This document shows, in pieces, positions 60,908 to 64,000 of a stretch of DNA of 64,000 nucleotides. Positions within the stretch are counted from its first letter, which is position 1, and each line of letters starts with the position of its first letter. The notes beneath the pieces are model-generated. The model was not told where the DNA came from and did not search any database. It worked only from the letters and a program-made list of their open reading frames with translations. The position numbers and the translations under genes are program-made. The DNA comes from Squalus acanthias (taxonomy: Eukaryota): the NCBI GenBank assembly GCA_030390025.1, contig CM059432.1, positions 43,092,001 to 43,156,000 on the forward strand, written 5' to 3'.

Positions 60908-63900
60908 TCATAGAAACATAGAAAAATAGGAGCAGGAGTAGGCCATTCGGCCCTTCGAGCCTGCTCCACCATTCAATATGATCATGGCTGATACTCTATC
61001 TCAATACCATATTCCCGTTCTCTCCCCATACCCCTTGATAACTTTTGTGTCTAGAAATCTATCTATCTTCTTCTTAAATATATTCAGTGACTTGGCCTTC
61101 ACAGCCTTCTGTGGTAGAGAATTCCATAGGTTCACCACCCTCTGAGTGAAGAAATGTCTCCTCATCTCAGTCCTAAATGTCCTACCCCATATCCTGAGAC
61201 TGTGACCCCTTGTTCTAGACCCCCCAGCCAGGGGAAACATCCTCCCTGCATCCAGTCTGTCTAGCCCTGTCAGAATTTTATACATTTCAATGAGATCCCC
61301 TCTCTGAATACAGGCCTAGTCAACCCAGTCTCTCCTCATATGACAGTCCTGCCATCCCAGGAATCAGTCTGGAGAACCTTCGCTGCACTCCCTCTGTGGC
61401 AAGTATATCCTTTCTTAGGTAAGGAGACTAAAACTGCACACAGTACTCCAGGTGTGGTCTCACCAAGGCCCTGTACAACTGTAGTAAGACATCCTTGCTC
61501 CTGTACTCAAATCTTCTTGCAATGAAGGCCCACATACCATTTGCCTTCCTAACTGCTTGCTGCACCTGCATGTTTGCTTTCAGTGACTGGTGTACAAGGA
61601 CACCCAGGTCCCTTTGTACATCAGCATTTCCCAATCTATCACCATTTAAATAATACTCTGCCTTTCTGTTTTTCCTACCGAAGTGGATAACTACACATTT
61701 ATACACGTTATACTGCATCTGCCATGTATTTGCCCACTCACTCAACTTGTCTAAATCGCCTTGAAGCCTTTTGCATCCTCCTCACAACTCACAATCCCAA
61801 CTAGTTTCACGTCGTCAGCAAACTTGTAAATATTACATTTGGTTCCCTCATCCAAATCATTGATATATATTGTAAATAGCTGGGGCCCAAGCACTGATCC
61901 CTGCGGTACCCCACTAGTCACCGCCTGCCACCGCGAAAAAGATCCATTTATTCCTACTCTCTGTTTCCTGTCTGTTAACCAATTTTCAATCCATGCCAGT
62001 ATATTACCCCCAATCCCATGTGCTTTAATTTTGCACACTAACCTCTTATGTGGGACTTTATCAAAGGCCTTCTGAAAATCCAAATACACCACATCCACTG
62101 GTTCTCCCTTATCTATTCTACCAGTTACATCCTCAAAAAACTCCAGTAGGTTTGTCAAACACGATTCCCCTTTCATAAATCCATGTTGACTTTGTCTATT
62201 CCGTTGATATTTTCTAAGTTTCCTGTTATCATATACTGATGTAGTTCCCTGTTTTCTCTCTCCCTCCTTTTTTAAATAGTGAGGTTACATTTGCCACCCT
62301 CCAATCTGCAGGAACTGTTTCGTAATCTATAGAATTTTGGAAGATGATAACCAATGCATCCACTATTTCCATGGCTACCTCATTTAGTACTCTGGGATGC
62401 AGATTATCAGGCCCTGGGGATTTATCAGCTTTCAGTCCCATTAATTTCTCCAGCACTATTTTTTTACTAATATTAATTTCCTTTAATTCCTCCTTCTCAC
62501 TGGACCCTTGGTTCCCTAGCATTTCTGGGAAGTTATTTGTGTCCTCTTCTGTGAAGACAGAACCAAAGTATTTGTTTAATTGCTCAGCCATTTCCTTGTT
62601 CCCCATTATAAATTCTTCCGTTTCTGTAAGGGACCTACATTTGAATTCACTAATCTTTTTCTTTTTACATACTTGTAGAAGCTTTTACAATCCACTTTTA
62701 TGTTCCTTGCAAGTTTACTCTCATACTCTATTTTTCCCCTCTTAATCAATCTCTTGGTCCTTTTTTGCTGAACTCTAAACTGTTCCCAATCCTCAGGCTT
62801 GCTACTTTTTCTGGCAACTTTATATGACTCCTCTTTGGATCTAATACTATCCTTAATTTCTTTTGTTAGCCATGGTTGGGCAGCTTTTCCTTTTGTGTTT
62901 TTGCGCCAGAATGGAATGGATAACTCTTGCAATTCATGCATTCGTTCCTTGAATGTTAGCCATTGCCTATCCACTGCATGCCTTTTAATGAAGCTCCCCA
63001 ATATATCATAGCCAACTCACTCCTCATACCTTCGTAGTTTCCTTTGTTTAGATTTAGGACCCTAGTTTCAGATTGGACTTCTTCACTTTCCATTTTAATG
63101 AAGAATTCTATCATGTTATGGTCACTCTTTCCTAAAGGACCCCGCACAACAAGATTATTAATTAACCCCTTCTCATTGCACAATACCCAATCTAGGATAT
63201 CCTGTTCCCTACGTACTGCTCTAATAAACCATCTCGTACACACTCCAGGAATTCATCCTCCACGGTATTATTGCTAATTTGGTTTGGATAGTCTATATGT
63301 AGATTAAAGTCACCCATGATTACTGTAGTACCCTTGTTACATGCATCTCTAATTTCCTGTTTGATGTCATCCCCTACATTACCACTACTGTTTGGAGGCC
63401 TATAGACAACTCCCACCAATGTTTTCTGCCCCTTGGTGCTTCTTAGCTCCACCCAGACTGATTCTACATCTTGATTTTCTGAGCCAATATCCTTTCTCAC
63501 TATTGCTCTGATTTCATCCTTTACTAACAAGGCCACCCCACCTCCTTTTCCTTTTCGCCTGTCCTTCCTAAATATCAAATATCCTTGGATATTCAGCTCC
63601 CAGCCTTGGTCACCCTGCAGCCATGTCCCCGTAATTGAAATTATATTGTATCCGTTTACATCTATTTGTGCTGTTAATTTGTCTACTTTATTATGAATGC
63701 TTCGTGCATTCAGATACAGTGCCTTTAGATTTGTCTTTTTAACATTTTTAGACAACTTATCATTTTTTTTACAATGGCCCTATTTGTCTTATTACCATTT
63801 TTTCTTACCCGGACCCTATTTGTTCGTGCACTCCTTTGTTTGTACGCTCTGTCCCTTCCTGACATAATCTGGTTATCCTTACCCCAATCACTCTCCTGCA

Positions 63901-64000
63901 CTGCTTCCTTGTCTTTTCTCTTTAGCATTCTAAATTTCTCTCCACCAGGACACTCCCCCTGCTTATTTAGTTTAAAGCCCTATCTACCTCCCTAGTTATT
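60908..64000 (-). mobile_element. CR1 LINE (same subfamily as 6563-10070), runs off the window end
   Basis: APE LYLNARS..GGGVAL..VYRPP..MGDFN and RT motifs. Highly similar to 6563-9690. Confidence 0.94.

Overview
Eukaryotic (vertebrate) genomic DNA made up almost entirely of nested transposable elements. No host protein-coding exon could be supported. The SINEs (Deu-domain SacSINE1-like and V-SINE HE1-like), CR1 LINEs with esterase ORF1 and abundant Penelope elements point to a cartilaginous fish (inference). The main element is a 7.8-kb endogenous retrovirus-like provirus (27481-35281) with ~1.2-kb TG..CA LTRs, PBS, PPT and a 4-bp TSD. It has a coiled-coil Gag ending in PSAP plus a TGA-CTAG readthrough signal in frame with pro-pol, a retroviral-type RT (LPQG/YVDD), a tether plus the start of a second RNase H, and the C-terminal half of a Cys-rich fusion-type Env. 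This combination matches lokiretroviruses rather than Gypsy. Also present: two full-length and several decayed PIF/Harbinger transposons (spliced Myb/SANT gene convergent with a DDE transposase), one with an intact 488-aa Myb ORF; a three-copy Harbinger-type MITE with covarying hairpins and conserved splice signals; Penelope elements and fold-back derivatives carrying minimal hammerhead ribozymes; hAT MITEs; CR1, L2 and L1 fragments; and a (GATA)25 microsatellite. All calls are from reading the sequence by eye. Boundaries without a TSD are approximate.
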